The notes beneath the pieces are model-generated. The model did not search any database, was not told the origin of the DNA, and saw only the letters and a list, made by a program, of their open reading frames with translations. A DNA stretch of 64,000 nucleotides from the human T2T-CHM13v2.0 reference genome, Homo sapiens. Within the stretch, counting starts at the first letter, position 1, and each line of letters begins with the position of its first letter. The translations under genes were made by a program, and so were the position numbers. Below are positions 42,160 through 60,965 of the stretch, piece by piece. The stretch lies in the NCBI RefSeq assembly GCF_009914755.1, contig NC_060929.1; one strand, given 5' to 3'.

Positions 42160-42305
42160 TGTTTTTTACAGACAGGGTCTCACTATGTTGCCCTGGCTTA
42201 TGTGGAGTGGCTATTCACAGGCACCTGCAACTCCTGCGCTCAAGCAATCCTCCTTCCTCAGCCTCCTGAGTAGCTGGGACTACAGGCAGGCCCACTGTGC
42301 CCAGT
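42160..42305 (-). mobile_element. FAM-like fossil Alu monomer (7SL-derived)
   Basis: Monomer length; carries the 7SL/FAM segment AGTGGCTATTCACAGGC that dimeric Alus lack. Confidence 0.75.
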
Positions 42306-42922
42306 TCACCATTTGTTTTTTAATAAACATTTTTAAGCCTGTGATGGAGCCGTGGGGAGGTGGTGAGAGAACGAGGGATGGGGACAGGTACTACCAAATA
42401 TACATGACTCATTTCTTCTTCCCGCATGTACCTTATCGTTGAATAAGTTTATTATTTGTCAATCATATTATTAATTTATATATCCATGATTTTGTGTAGA
42501 ACACCTTTACATTGTACATAAAAATACAGAAGCTGAATATTCATTAGTACATGATTGAAAGAAGGCTGAATAATTGATATCAGGTTTCAAAGAAAAATGG
42601 ATAACTGGAAGACTAAGAGGTAATACTGAAACCATCTAACTAAAAAGAAATAGTCACTGAGTGCATATGTATGAGGAACTATGCGAGTCACTTTCTGAGA
42701 GCTTTTGTTTTCTCCATTATTTCCTCCTCTGACTTGCTTATCTGTAATGGTTATCTGGATTAGAAGGTTGAATATTTTTGAGATCACAGAGAGTCAACCT
42801 GAATCACAGTCTTCAGAATGGAAGAACAGTCAGAGGGCTTCCGGGAAAGAACCACAAAGTCATTTACAAAGCAAGATCTATTTGCAAGCCTTTTTCCTTT
42901 TTTGAAGCATCAGGAATGATGC

Positions 42923-43030
42923 TCAAATAAAGTAGATTCAATAAAGTAGATAAAGTAGCTCTCAATAAAGTAGATTATTTCAATAAAGTAGCTATTTCAA
43001 TAAAGTAGCTCTCAATAAAGTAGATTCAAT
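42923..43030 (+). repeat. Irregular minisatellite, 7 x TAAAGTAG core
   Basis: Units (TC)AATAAAGTAG(A/C)T with variable spacers. Confidence 0.9.
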
Positions 43031-43449
43031 ATGTGGTACACATGTACTTAGAAACTCAAAGTGCTTTGCAATATCATAAAATATTCCCACATAATCACAG
43101 TATTTCTGTTTGCAATTATTTTTTAAGGAAGCAAAATAAGTATTTAAGGGGGAGAGAAATTATTTCATGTCACAGAATAAACTAGGCACTCAAGTTTCTG
43201 TTTGATTGCCCAGGTTTCTGCTTCACTGGGCAAGGCATCGTAAGTGTGGTTATGAAAACCTCAAAATCATTTCTGTGTGTAAAACACAACTTAACTGAAA
43301 TAATAATAATACAACATAATAAAACTTTATTGAGTCTTTCATATATCTGCCAGGCATTTATGAAAAGAATTTCATCTTTATGTAATTTTACAACTAGTTT
43401 GTGCCAATGATTTGGGCTGCCCTTCAAATATTTCCAAATCTCCTCCAAG

Positions 43450-43792
43450 GCATATGATAGGATTACACATTTCTGCCCCCTTCAAGTTGAGCGAGGCCAT
43501 ATGGCTTTCGTTGGCCCCCAAAATATAAGCAGTTAAAACCAAGTCAGGGCACAATTAGCTGCTCACACTTTCCCTCTGCCCTGGTGATCAACAAAATCTT
43601 ATGTGGTGGCTACTCTATCAGCAAAAGTTTCTGAGTGAGAAGGAATGGTGTTAAACCCACAACTGACCCACTAAGGACACGTAGCATAAGTGAGGAAGGA
43701 AAACAAACAAGACTGTGTTGTGTCAGACTGTAAAATTTTGGAATTTTTTTGTCACTGCAGCATAACCTGTACTAGCTTATCCTAATTGATAG
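43450..43792. mobile_element. MLT1-type MaLR LTR remnant
   Basis: GGACACGTAGCATAAGTGAG...TTTTGTCACTGCAGCATAACC...TATCCTAATTGATA 3' motifs. Confidence 0.6.
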
Positions 43793-44621
43793 GTTATCAA
43801 ATAGATATTATCTACATTTACTGATGAGAATTTGAAAACTCAAATAATACTTATAATATGGCCTAGGTCAAAGAGTCAGTAAAAGAGTGAACTGTGATTT
43901 GAACTCAATTCTTTCTGACTTTAGAGTCCAACTCATCACCACTAAACTTATTTCACTAACTTTATTGCTTGCAATAAGTTTACTTTTATGTGATCTTCCT
44001 TAGACTTAGTGGTTCTAGGAAAGACTTGTTTTTGACACTGTTTCATTGGAATATATTTTTAAAGCTAAGCTGAAATAATAAAACATATCTTCTATAGCAC
44101 TTTATGATTTACAAAACATTTTCACATATATTGTTAACTCATTGTTTCCTCACAATAAACCTGTGACTTAGGCAGGGCAGGTATATTATCCCACTGTTAC
44201 AGCTGAAGAAAATCTAGGTAGCAAAAAATCAATAGCTAATTGATATTCCAAGGTCATATAGCTAGGCAATGACAAACTCTGGAATCAGAACCCCATTCTC
44301 AAGAATTCTACTTTAGTAATAGCAGCAGGAGGGATGTCTGTAGAGGCTGATTCCTGGCACAATAGAGAGAAGCTGGTTGTTAAACTCAGCTCTGCAATTT
44401 GCAATTTCATTTTGCCATCAGGGTCATTGATAACATTTTCAAAGCACTCTTCATCATAATCAGTGGTAAAAATAGCATTGATTAATAATGCCATAAAACA
44501 GTAGAGCAATTCAAGTTTAGATAGTAAAATGATAACAAGAAGTTAACCCAAACCGCGTCCTAAACCTATAGGGACATACTTTATAAATACAGCTTATTTC
44601 TGATCCTTAATTATCACCTGT

Positions 44622-44921
44622 GTCCAGACACACTGGATCGTGTCTATAATCTCAGCACTTTGCCAGGCCAAGGTGGGAGGATTGCTTGAGCCCAGGAGTT
44701 CGAGACCAGCCTAGGCAACATAGTGAAACGCCATGTAGAAACGAAAAAATAGCTGGGTATGGTGGCATGCACTTGCGATCTTAGCTATTTGGGAGGCTGA
44801 GGTGGGAGGATCACCTGCGCCCAAGGAGGTCAAGACTGCAATGAGCCATGATCACACCACTGCACTCCATCCTAGGCAACAGAGCAAGACTGTCTCAAAA
44901 GCAAACAAAGAAACAAACAAA
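44622..44921 (+). mobile_element. Alu (AluJ-like)
   Basis: GGCCAAGGTGGGAGGATTGCTTGAGCCCAGGAGTTCGAGACCAGCC...GAGCAAGACTGTCTCAAAA. Confidence 0.92.
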
Positions 44922-45949
44922 CATCACTTGAAAATTTCTAAAAGACATAGATTATCAATAAGGAAAAACTTTATATTGTCCAGAAAATTTGCTGGATTTT
45001 TGTGTAAAAGCAAACATTCTAATAATTTGACAATGTGACTTTGCTGTTATTTTTTTAACTTAAGAAAAAGCAATTTGTCCCATTGATAATAATTTCAAAG
45101 GTTTATTTCAATGAAGGGTTATTCATCACTAATTAAGAATATGCTTGATTAAATGTTTTATAACTTCATTTTATTTTTATTTTATGTGGCTAAAACTATT
45201 TTTTCAGCCTGTAGTTATTAAATGTGGTATAATAAAAAATTCTGAAAGTGCCACAAGAATATATGTCAATTTCAGCCTGATGGTGCTTACACTTTTATAG
45301 AATGTTGACAGAATCATTTTTGTAAATGTTGTCTGGAAAGGAAATGAGAGGGCTTTGGGGTTTTGGGGGTGCTGTCCCCTTTCAATTTTGAACAAAAGAT
45401 ATTGTTTCACTAGGCTAACTTCACAGCAAGTAGCTGAGTCAGGGCTAGAACCCAGAATTCAAAAATATTTGTCTCCCTGTCATTGAATCACACTGTACTC
45501 AAATGGTTAGCTCTCTCTTATGTTAGTATAGCATGGCTTACCAGATCATCTAGGGTTGTTAACATTTAGTCTTACATCACAGAGAAGAAGGCTGGAATAT
45601 TTTATGTAATAAACTCCATTTGTAGCACCACTGGAATTTCAAATATCGTCTGAAGCCACCAACAGATTAGCTTCAGACATAGCAAAAACTTAGGACTGAG
45701 GCACACATTTTGCAGTTCTCTTGAATAAGAAAGTTTGTATCCACATTTTAAGTGTCAGACACGTTGCTAATTATGATTTTAGCATGTCTCTGATGAAGGG
45801 AGTAAAATAATTCTGGTAAATGCATTGAACTCGTATGTTGCATGATTTTCCTTGATCTCTTTAGATTTGCAAAAGTATTAGTATACAGGTCTTTTGACCT
45901 TGTTCTTGATGTATTTTTAAATGACATTTATAATTCTCATGTATTTTCT

Positions 45950-46240
45950 TAAATGCATATGTTTGTATTTATATCTATATAGACATTTAATTTGTATATA
46001 CATCTACATCTGTATCTATATATATCCCTATATACATCTTATATATACAGGTATGCATAGATACATACATATATAGATAATTGTGTATGTAAATACATAT
46101 ATGTATACAAAGATGTATATATAGACACATACATATAGATATCTAGATATAGACTATATCTTTACATATACAGACATAGATATACACATGTGGATACTTA
46201 TATGCTTATAGAGATGTAGAAGGATGTATTATGTATATGT
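45950..46240. repeat. Degenerate (TA/CA/TG)-rich low-complexity tract
   Basis: Imperfect ATATAC/ATATAG repeats. Confidence 0.8.
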
Positions 46241-46999
46241 GAAACACTGCAAGCAAATATCTTGAATTAAATAACTTCCATCCCTCAAGGCCTGCCTCAA
46301 ATGTTAAATTCCCCTAAAGAGCCTCTTCTCCAAATGGAAATTGTTGCTGCCTCCTTTGAGCCTCTTAACAGTACTCTTCTCAGGAAACTTTTTTCAATCA
46401 ACTTTGGAATAATATTAATGAGAGCTCACAACTGTTGATGTGCCAACAGTACCTAATTCACTTTATCTCCAACTGAAATCTGAGAAGTAGCTATGTTATT
46501 CTCTTCATTTGAAGGAAGAGAAAATCTAAGACAAAGAAGTTGAGAGACTTTCCCAGTATCAATATAAAAAAAAATGCAAAGGAGGAATCTGAACTAAGGT
46601 CTGTCTGACTCCAATGCTTCATGTATTGTTTAGTCTCATTAATTAATTAATTAACTAATTCACATTATTTATTGAGGCTTACTAAAGGCTGTACCAAGTT
46701 CTAGGCAGTGTGGTAGGCTGAGGCTCCAGTGTTAAGAGTACATACATGCAGCAGCAAGCATCCTAACAGGAAGCCAAAACCAGGGACATCTGACAGGCAG
46801 AAACTGACAGTTATTAATTAAAGGATTATTAACTCTATTTTAAGGCAACTTCGGCAGCTACAAAGTGAAACAGGAAATGTTTGAAAGAAGAGTTACAGAG
46901 TACATGTCCCCAGTTCTTCATATAAACTCCAACTAACTGTCTGGATAATCATGAACTATCCATGTGTGGAACAGAATCCAAGATTACTAGCTAAGACAA

Positions 47000-48505
<1,506 letters not shown>

Positions 48506-49437
48506 GAGAAAATGCGGTATTTGGTTTTCTCTTTCTGCATTAGTTTGCTTAGGTAATGACCTCCAGCTGCATCCATGTTGCTGCAAAGGACAAATTATTC
48601 ACGTGTAGAAATACTTTTTTTTTTGCTGTGTAGGTTTCATGGTGTATATGTATCACATTTTTAAAAAATCATATCCACTGTTGATGGGCACCTAGATTGA
48701 TTCCATGTCTTTGCTACCATGAACAGTACTGCAATAAATGTATACATGTGTCTTTTTGCTAGAAAGATTATTTTCCTTTGGATACATACCCAGTAATGAG
48801 ATTGCTGGGCTGAATGGTAGTTATATTTTTAATTCTTTAAAACTGCTTTCCAAAAAGGCTGAACTAATTTGCATTCCCACCAGAATTGTACAAATAAGTG
48901 TTCTCTTTTCTCCACAACTTTCCCCAAATGTTTTATTTTTTGACTTTTTAATAGTGGCCACTCTGACTGCTGTGACATAACATCTCAAGGTGGCTTTGAT
49001 TTTCATTTCTCTGAACTTTAGTGATGCCGAACAATTTTTCATGTTTATTAGCTGTTTGTATGTCTTCTTTTGAGAAGTGTCTGTTCATGTCCTTTGCCCA
49101 CTTTTTAGAGGGGTCGTTTGCTTTTTCCTTAGATGATTTTTAAGTTCCTTATACATAAATCCTGGATATTAATCTTTTGTCAGATGCATAGTTTGTAAAT
49201 ATTTTCTCCCATTCTGTAGGTTTTCCATTTGCTCTGTTGAGAGTTTTTTTGTTTGTTTCTGTACAGAAGTTCTTTAGTTTAATTAAGTCTCAATTGTCTA
49301 TTCTGATTTTGCTGCATTTGCTTTTGAGGTCTTCATCATAAATTCTTTGCCTAGGCCAGTGTCTAGAATACTATTTTCTGTTTTTCTCTAGAATTTTTAT
49401 ACTTTGAGGTCATTCATTTAAGTCTTTAATTCATCTT

Positions 49438-50404
<967 letters not shown>

Positions 50405-52944
50405 GCTAATATTTGTATATGGTGAGAAGTGGGCTACAATTTCATTCTTCTTCACACAGTTGGCCAGTTTTCCCAGCACCGTTTGTTGAATAGGGTGTCC
50501 TTTCCTGCATTGTTTATTTGTGTTGACTTTGTTTTAAGTGTGTGGCTTTACCTGAGGGGACTCTGTTATGTTCCAGTGGCCTCACTGCTTATTTTTGTGT
50601 CAGTACGATGCTGTTGAGGTTCCTTCAGCCTTATAGTATAGTTTAAAGTGCGATTTGTCTTTTTTTTTTTTTTTAGGATTACCTTGGCTGTTCAGACTGT
50701 TGTTTTGTTTGTTTCATATGAATATTAGAATAGTTTTTTCTAATTCTGTGAAAAATGATGTTAGTTTCGTAAAATAGCATTGAATCTGTAAATTTATTTG
50801 GGCAATATCGACCTGTTAACAATATTGATTCTTCCAACCTATGAGCATAGCATGCTTTTCCATTTGTTTGCGTTGTCTGTGATGTCTTTCAGCAGTGTTT
50901 TATAGTTCTCTCTGTAGAAATCTTTCACCTCCTTGGTTAGGTGCATTCCTAGGTAATTTTTTTTGTAGCTATTGTAAAAGGGACTGTATTGATTTATTTT
51001 TTAGCTTGAATGTTATTGGTGTATAGAAATGCTACTACTGATTTTGGATGTGATTTCATATCCTGGGATTTTGATGAAGTCATTTATCAGGTCTAATAAT
51101 CCTTCGGCGGAATCTTTAGTGTTTTCTAGTTATAGAATCTCGTTGTCAGGGAAGATAGATAATTTGACTTCTCCTTGTTCTATTTGGATACCTTTTTATT
51201 TCTGTCTCTCACCTCACAGTTCTGATTAGGACTTCTGCTACTATGCTGACTAGGAGTGGTGACAGCGGGCATCCTTGTCTTGTTTCAGTTCTCAAGTGAA
51301 ATGCTTCCAGCTTTTGCCTGTTCAGTATTATGTTGGCTGTGGATTTTTCATAGATGGCCTTATTATTTCTGAGGTATGTTCCTTCAGTGCCTAGTTTGTG
51401 GAAGATTTTTATCTTGCAATGATGTAAGATTTTAGTGAATGCCTTTTCTGCATCTATTGAGATGATCATATAGTTTTTGTTTTTCATATTGTTTATCTGA
51501 TGAATCACATTTATTGATTTGCATAAGGTGAATCATCCTTGCATCCCAGGAATAAAGTATACATGATTGTAGTGAATTAACTTTTTGAAGTGCTGCTGGA
51601 TTTGGTTTGCTAGCATTTTGTTAAGAATTTTTGCCTCTACGTTCATCAGGGACATTAGTCTATAGTTTCCTTTTTTTTTTGTTGCTGTGTCTTTGCCAGA
51701 TTTTGCTGTCAGGATGATGCTGGATTTGTAGAATGATTTAGGGAGGAGTCCCCCCTCCTCAATTTTTTTGAATAGTTTCAGTAGGATTGGTAACAGCTCT
51801 TCTTTGTACATCTGGTAGAATTTGGCTGTTAATTGATCTGGTCCTGGGCTTTTTTAGGTTGGTAGGTTTTTATTATTTATTCAATTTCACTACTCATTAT
51901 TTGTCTGTTCAGGATTTCTCTTTGTTCCTGGTTCAATTTTGGGAGGTAGTGTGTTTCCAGTAATTTATCCATTTCCTCTAGATTTTCTAATTTTTACACA
52001 TAGAGATGTTCATAGTAGTCTCCAGGATCTTTTGTATTTCTGTGGGACTGGTTATAATGTCACCTTTGTTATTTCCGATTGCACTTATTTGTATCTCCTC
52101 TTTGTTTATCTTTGCTAATCTAGCTAGCAGTCTATCCATCTTGCTTATCATTTAAAAAAACACACTTTTTGTTTCAATGATCTTTTGTATGGCTTTTGGG
52201 GTCTCAATTTCACTTAGTTCTGCTCTGAGTTTATTATTTTTTTTTCTTCTAGCTTTGGGTTAAGTTTGTTCTTGTTTTTCTAGTTCCTTTAGGTGTGATG
52301 TTAAATTATTAATTTGAGATCTTTTGATCTTCTTTATGTTGCCATTTAGCACTATAAACTTTCCTCATAACACTGCTTTTGCTGCATCCCAGAGGTTTTG
52401 GTATGTTGTGTCTCTATTTTCATTTGTTTCAAATAACTTTTTGATTTTGGTCTTAATTCTGTTGTCTACCCAAAAGTCATTCAGGAGTAAGTTTTTTGTT
52501 TGTTTGTTTTTGTTGTTGTTTGTTTGTTTTTAGCTTAATTGTATTTTTTATTTGAGTGTCCCTCTTGGTATTGATTTTTATTTTTATTTCCTTGTTTTCT
52601 GAGAAGATGCTTGATATAATTTCAATTTTTAAAAATTTATCGAGACTTGTTGTCTGACCAAGCATGTGGTCCATCTTTGAGTATGTTCCACATGTAGTTT
52701 AGCAGAATGTATATTCTGTGGTAGTTGGGTGCCATATTTTGTGAATTTTTATTAGGTCCAATTGGTCAAGTGTCAAATTTAAGTTCATAATTAGTTAGTG
52801 CTATGCCTTGATGCTCTGTCTAATGCTATTAGTGGGATACTGAAGCTTACCACTATTACTGCGTGGCTGTCAACATCTTTTATTAGGTCTAACAGTAATT
52901 GTTTTACAAATCTGGGTGCACCAATGTTTAGTGCATTTATATTT

Positions 52945-53192
52945 GCTAGAGCAAGAACCTTAACTAATGCCATCTGCAGTTTAGGTCCCATGAATTTTCT
53001 TTAGATTACTTCCAGGATTTTTGAACTAATCTTCAGTGTTCTGGTCTTCCCATCTGTTTCCATGTCTCCGCATCCTACCTACAGATCTCCCAGTAGCTGC
53101 AGGTCACAGAGCCACAGAGGCTGCAGCAGAACGACCTGGGGCCTCTAGGAGTGGCAGAGACACAGCAGTGAAGATGGGACCCAGGGCTGACA
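52945..53192 (-). pseudogene. Non-L1 248-bp insert resembling a KRAB zinc-finger gene 5' leader (retrocopy fragment)
   Basis: Minus strand TCTTCACTGCTGTGTCTCTGCCACTCCTAGAGGCCC...GCCTCTGTGGCTCTGTGACCTGCAGCTACTGGGAGATC resembles ZNF91-family first exons as I recall them; 19-bp degenerate TSD. Confidence 0.65.
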
Positions 53193-53359
53193 GTTGGGTG
53201 CATATATATTTAAAATAGTTAAATCTTCTTGTTAAAATGAACCCTTTATCATGGTGTAATGCTCTTTGTCCTTTTTTACTGTTGCTGGCTTAAAGTCAAT
53301 TTTATCTTATACAAGCATAGTGAACCCTGCTCCCTTTAGTTTTCCACTGAAGCAAGACA

Positions 53360-55010
53360 TTTTAGAATGATCTAAGGGTCAATTCTTTGCTAGGACAAAA
53401 CAATTATATTTTGCATGCACATAGTAGCAGAGCTTCGAAATGCATAAAGCTCCTTTTGACAGAATTGAAGGGAGAAATATATAAATACACTTGGAGATTT
53501 AACACTTCCATTCAGTTATTGACAAAACAGTGAGACAAAAATGTTAGTAAAGGCACAGAAGATCTGAACAACACTATGGACCACATCGACTTAATTGACA
53601 TGTATGGAACACTACCCCCAAGAACTTCAGAATACACATTCTTTTCAAGTGCATATAGCACATTCACTGAAATTCTAATATAAATTAAGTTCTAAGTATA
53701 ATGCCTACCACCATGAAATTAAAATAGAAATCAATATATTTTGAAAATCCCCAAATATTTGAAAATTCATCAACATGAGATACTGTTATGAAAATAAGCA
53801 AGCTGGCCGGCACGGTGGCTCACACTTGTAATCCCAGCACTTTGGAAGGCCGAGGCAGGAAGGTCACCTGAGGTCAGGAGTTTGAGACTAGCCTGGCCAA
53901 CATGGTGAGACCCCATTTCTTCTAAAACTATGAAAATTAGCTAGGCGCGGTGGTGCATGTCCGTAATCGCAGCTACTCGGGAGGCTGAGGGGAGAGAATC
54001 ACTTGAGCCCTGTGCCTGGGAGGCAGAGGTTGCAGTGAGCTGACATCGCATCACTGCATTCCAGCCTGGGAAACAGAGCAAGCAGAGCGAGACTCAGTCT
54101 CAAAAAAAAAAAAAAAAAAAAGCAATGGGCTGGAAAATATTTCCAAACATATATCTGGCAAAACAAGTATCCTGAATACAGAAATAAATTGTAAATACCA
54201 GTAATAAGAAGATAAACAATCTAATTAAAAATAGGAAAAGAGTATGAACATAAGGATTGCCAAAAGAACAAAAACAAGTGCTGAACATTATTAGTTATCA
54301 GAGAAATGTAAATTAAACTACAGTGAGATACTACTACATACCCACCAGAATGGCTAAAGTTAAAAAGCTTGACCACTTCAAATGTTAGTGACAATGCGAA
54401 TCAACTAGAACTCTCATGCATTTTTGGTGTGAGAGTAAAATATGACAACCGCTTTGGAAAAATGTTGGATAGTTTCATATAAAACTAAACAATCATCCAT
54501 CAATTCTGTTTCTAGATATTTACTCAAGATAAATTATAATATTTTTTCACAAAAAGACTTATACAAGAATATTTACAGCATCTTTTTTCACAATAGACAA
54601 AGACTGAAAACAATCTAGGTATCCATCAATAAGAGAATGACTTAAACACACACACACACACATTGTATGCATGTTCATATAATGAAATACTATTTAACAC
54701 TGAAAAGAGAGGAACTAATGCTACACACAAAAACATGGATAAACCTCAAAAATAATAGCTACATAAAAGAAACCTTACCCAGAAGAGTACATACTGAATG
54801 ATTTCATGTACATGAAATTTTAAAACAGGCAAAATTAATCATGATGAAATGTAATCAGAAAGGGGACTGCCTCTGGGGGTGGCAGGAATGGGATTGATTA
54901 AGAAGGAGCATAAAGAACTTTTCTGAACTGATGGAAATGCTTTATGTTTTGTTAGGATTTGGATTCCATGGGCGTATTTATACTGAATGGTACAGTTAAG
55001 ATGAGTGTTA
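53360..55010 (+). mobile_element. Ancient L1M ORF2 and 3' end fragments, interrupted by an Alu
   Basis: GACAGAATTGAAGGGAGAAAT; CAGAATACACATTCTTTTCAAGTGCA; CATACCCACCAGAATGGCTAAA; ACAGGCAAAATTAATC. Confidence 0.7.
53805..54121 (+). mobile_element. Alu (AluS-like)
   Basis: GGCCGGCACGGTGGCTCAC...CACCTGAGGTCAGGAGTTTGAG...GTCTC followed by about 20 A. Confidence 0.95.
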
Positions 55011-55353
55011 TTTTGGAGGGTGCCTTCTCCATTATCACAGAAGGGAAGGAGAAAATTGAGCTGTTTTCCTTTTATACAATAATGTTCAGGGACTGAGTTT
55101 CATTATCTTTGATTCCTCATCATCACCAGCAAACTGCTCTCAGAAATATTCTTCTTAGCAAATGTTAGATAAATATATATGCTTCTGTTATTTTCTTTTC
55201 CTGTTTTGTTCTGTGTTCAACATTTTTATAAACTACAGTAATAGTGAGCTCATTGATGCCATTGTCAAGTAATTTAATGGGTACATATTAGTTTTAGTTC
55301 TCACCAAATTTATGTAGTTCATGTGATACACAGTAACAAATACATAGCTTTAA

Positions 55354-58522
<3,169 letters not shown>

Positions 58523-58734
58523 GGAGTTAGCTGCTGAGTCACATGGTTTAAATGATTGTGTGAGAATTTCACTGATGCAATTTGCAACTGTTAATCAACA
58601 CCATTTAAGCCTGTTCTGCAAGTCATCAGTTTTAGTGGCTATATAAACCCTAGTGGTTTTGTGAAATAATTTGGATTTGTTATTTCTTGAAGCAACTTTG
58701 TTAAAGTCAGCAAATTGGAGGTGGAAATATCTAT

Positions 58735-59071
58735 TAGAAAAAAAATAACAAATATTGGCAAAGGTGCGGGAAAAAAGGAATCCTACTACACAGTTGGTGG
58801 AAATGTAAATTGATACAGCCGTTAAGGAAAACAGTATGGAAGTTCATAAAAAAAAAATAGAGCTACCATATAACGCAGTAATCCCTCTTCTGAGTATATA
58901 CCCAAGTAAATACAAGTCACCACTGTGTAAAGATACCTGCACTCCTGTGTTCATTGCAGCATTTTTCACAATAGCCAATGTATAGAAATAACCTAAGTCC
59001 CTATTTATCAGCAAATGAATAAAGAAAAGGATACACACACACAAACACACACACACACACACACACACACG

Positions 59072-59130
<59 letters not shown>

Positions 59131-59630
59131 AATGTAACATTAATCCATTATTCAACCTTAAAAAAGAAGGAGATTCTGCCATTCGAGTCCATCTGGTTTC
59201 TTTGGATGGACTCGAAGAACATTTTGATAAGTGAAATAAGCCAGATAAAGAAAAAAATATTGCAAATACAAAGAGATAGAGAGTAAAACAGTGGTTGGCA
59301 GTGGTTACCATGGGTGAGTTGTGGGTAGGAGAGGAAATGCGGATATGTAGGTCAAAGAATACAAAATAGCAGATATGGAAGATGAACAAGTTTAAATAGC
59401 TAATGTATAACATGAAGATTAAAGTTAGTAAAATTGTATTGTATTAGGGATTTTTATTAAATAAGAAGATTTTAGCTGTTCTTGTAACAAAAAGTAACTA
59501 TGTGAGATGTAAAACGTGTTAACGTATTTCACTATAGTAATCATTTACTATTTGTATGTATCCCATAATATCATATCACCATGTTGTAAACCTCAAATAT
59601 ACACAATAAAATGTATCCAATTTTGTAAAA
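58735..59630 (+). mobile_element. L1MA-like 3' fragment containing a compound microsatellite
   Basis: GAGCTACCATATAA...AATCCCTCTTCTGAGTATATACCCAA; TAGGTCAAAGAATACAAAAT; GTAACTATGTGAGATG. Confidence 0.8.
59033..59128. repeat. Compound (CA)n-(TA)n microsatellite
   Basis: Direct read. Confidence 0.97.
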
Positions 59631-60529
59631 GCCTAGTCGCTGTAACAGAAGTCAATGGAGGAAGGAGATATCCGCTGGCCAAGCTCCTTGCTTTCAATTC
59701 CCCTGACTGACACCCTCTCTCGGGAAGTCGTCCAGGAAAAATGATAAGTCATTCCAGGCCCCATCAGGAAAGCTGTTTGGGTTGGAAGATGATTTTCCTT
59801 GTTTTCATCAAACTCTCCCAAAAATGAAGTGAAAATATATATGTATAAAAAAGAAGAAGCTGCAAATCTTCACTCTAAATATTAACTTATTCTTACATTA
59901 AACAACAATATCTCTGGCTGTAGGATCTAATTTGTGGTCCTACTCGAAATGATAAATCTTGTCCTGATGTTCTTCATCTACAAAATGTAAAGCTTTTCTT
60001 TTGTGTATGACCTCTCTGGGCTCCCTACATTTTATTTTATTCATTTAGCTTTATTTCCACTCCTATTTTCAGAAATCGTGCTTGAGGGTCACTCTTGTTA
60101 CAGTTTTACTTAGAAATAAGAAGAAAAGGCATTCTTCATACCTTAAATTAAGCATATTCAAAGGGCAAATTAAAATCAACTTAGGTCTAAAAAATTTCTA
60201 CAGGTGAAACAAACTCATCCAGTGTTAGCTGAGACATTGTCTTCTCATTTTGAGGTTTCTGAAACTCTGTATGTCTGTGTGTGTTTGTATATGTGTCTAT
60301 CAGGTGTATAAGTGTTTTCTTATAAGGTTGACTGAGATATAACTTTCATAATACTTTGTCATTGGGCCAATTTAGCTTTCTTCTGTAACATTTTTTTTAA
60401 AAAAAAACAATGTTTCAGGCCTATATTACTAGACTAGTTTTAATAAAAATCTTATACTTTAGCATTATTTCAGTAAATACAGTGCTCCATAAATGTGTGT
60501 CTTAAAGATGAGGGCATTGCTAAGGCCAG

Positions 60530-60965
60530 TGTCATAGATTAAATTGTGGCCCCCTACTGTTGATCAGTTTCCGTGCAAAGCCCCAGTACCTCAGAATGTG
60601 ACTTTACTTGGAAATAGTCATTGTGTATATAATCGGTTAAGATGGAACTCATCCTGGAGTAAGGTGACTCCTAATCTAATGTGAATGGTATCCATATAAA
60701 AGGGAAAATTTGAACACAGACACACATATACGGGATAATTTCATGTGAACATGAAGAAAAATACTAGGCAAGGAAAGCCAAAGATCGCCAGCAAACCCCT
60801 CAAAGCTAAGAGACAGGTGTGGAAAATATTTTCCCGCCTAGTCCTCACACAGAACCAATCCTGACAACACCTTGATTTTGGATCTCTAGCTTCCATAACT
60901 GTGAGACAATAAGTTTTTCTAGTTTTAAGTCATCAGTTTGTGTCACTTTGTTCAGGAACCCTAAG
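60530..60965 (+). mobile_element. MLT1 (MLT1B/C-like) MaLR LTR
   Basis: CCCCAGTACCTCAGAATGTGAC...GACAACACCTTGATTTTGGA...AACTGTGAGACAATAA. Confidence 0.8.

Noticed and set aside
42923-43030. Possible CRISPR-like array
   Set aside because: Eukaryotic DNA; the repeats are ~12 bp with 0-6 bp non-unique spacers.
58844-59413. 189-aa ORF with IY/VC repeats
   Set aside because: Antisense L1MA sequence plus a translated microsatellite.
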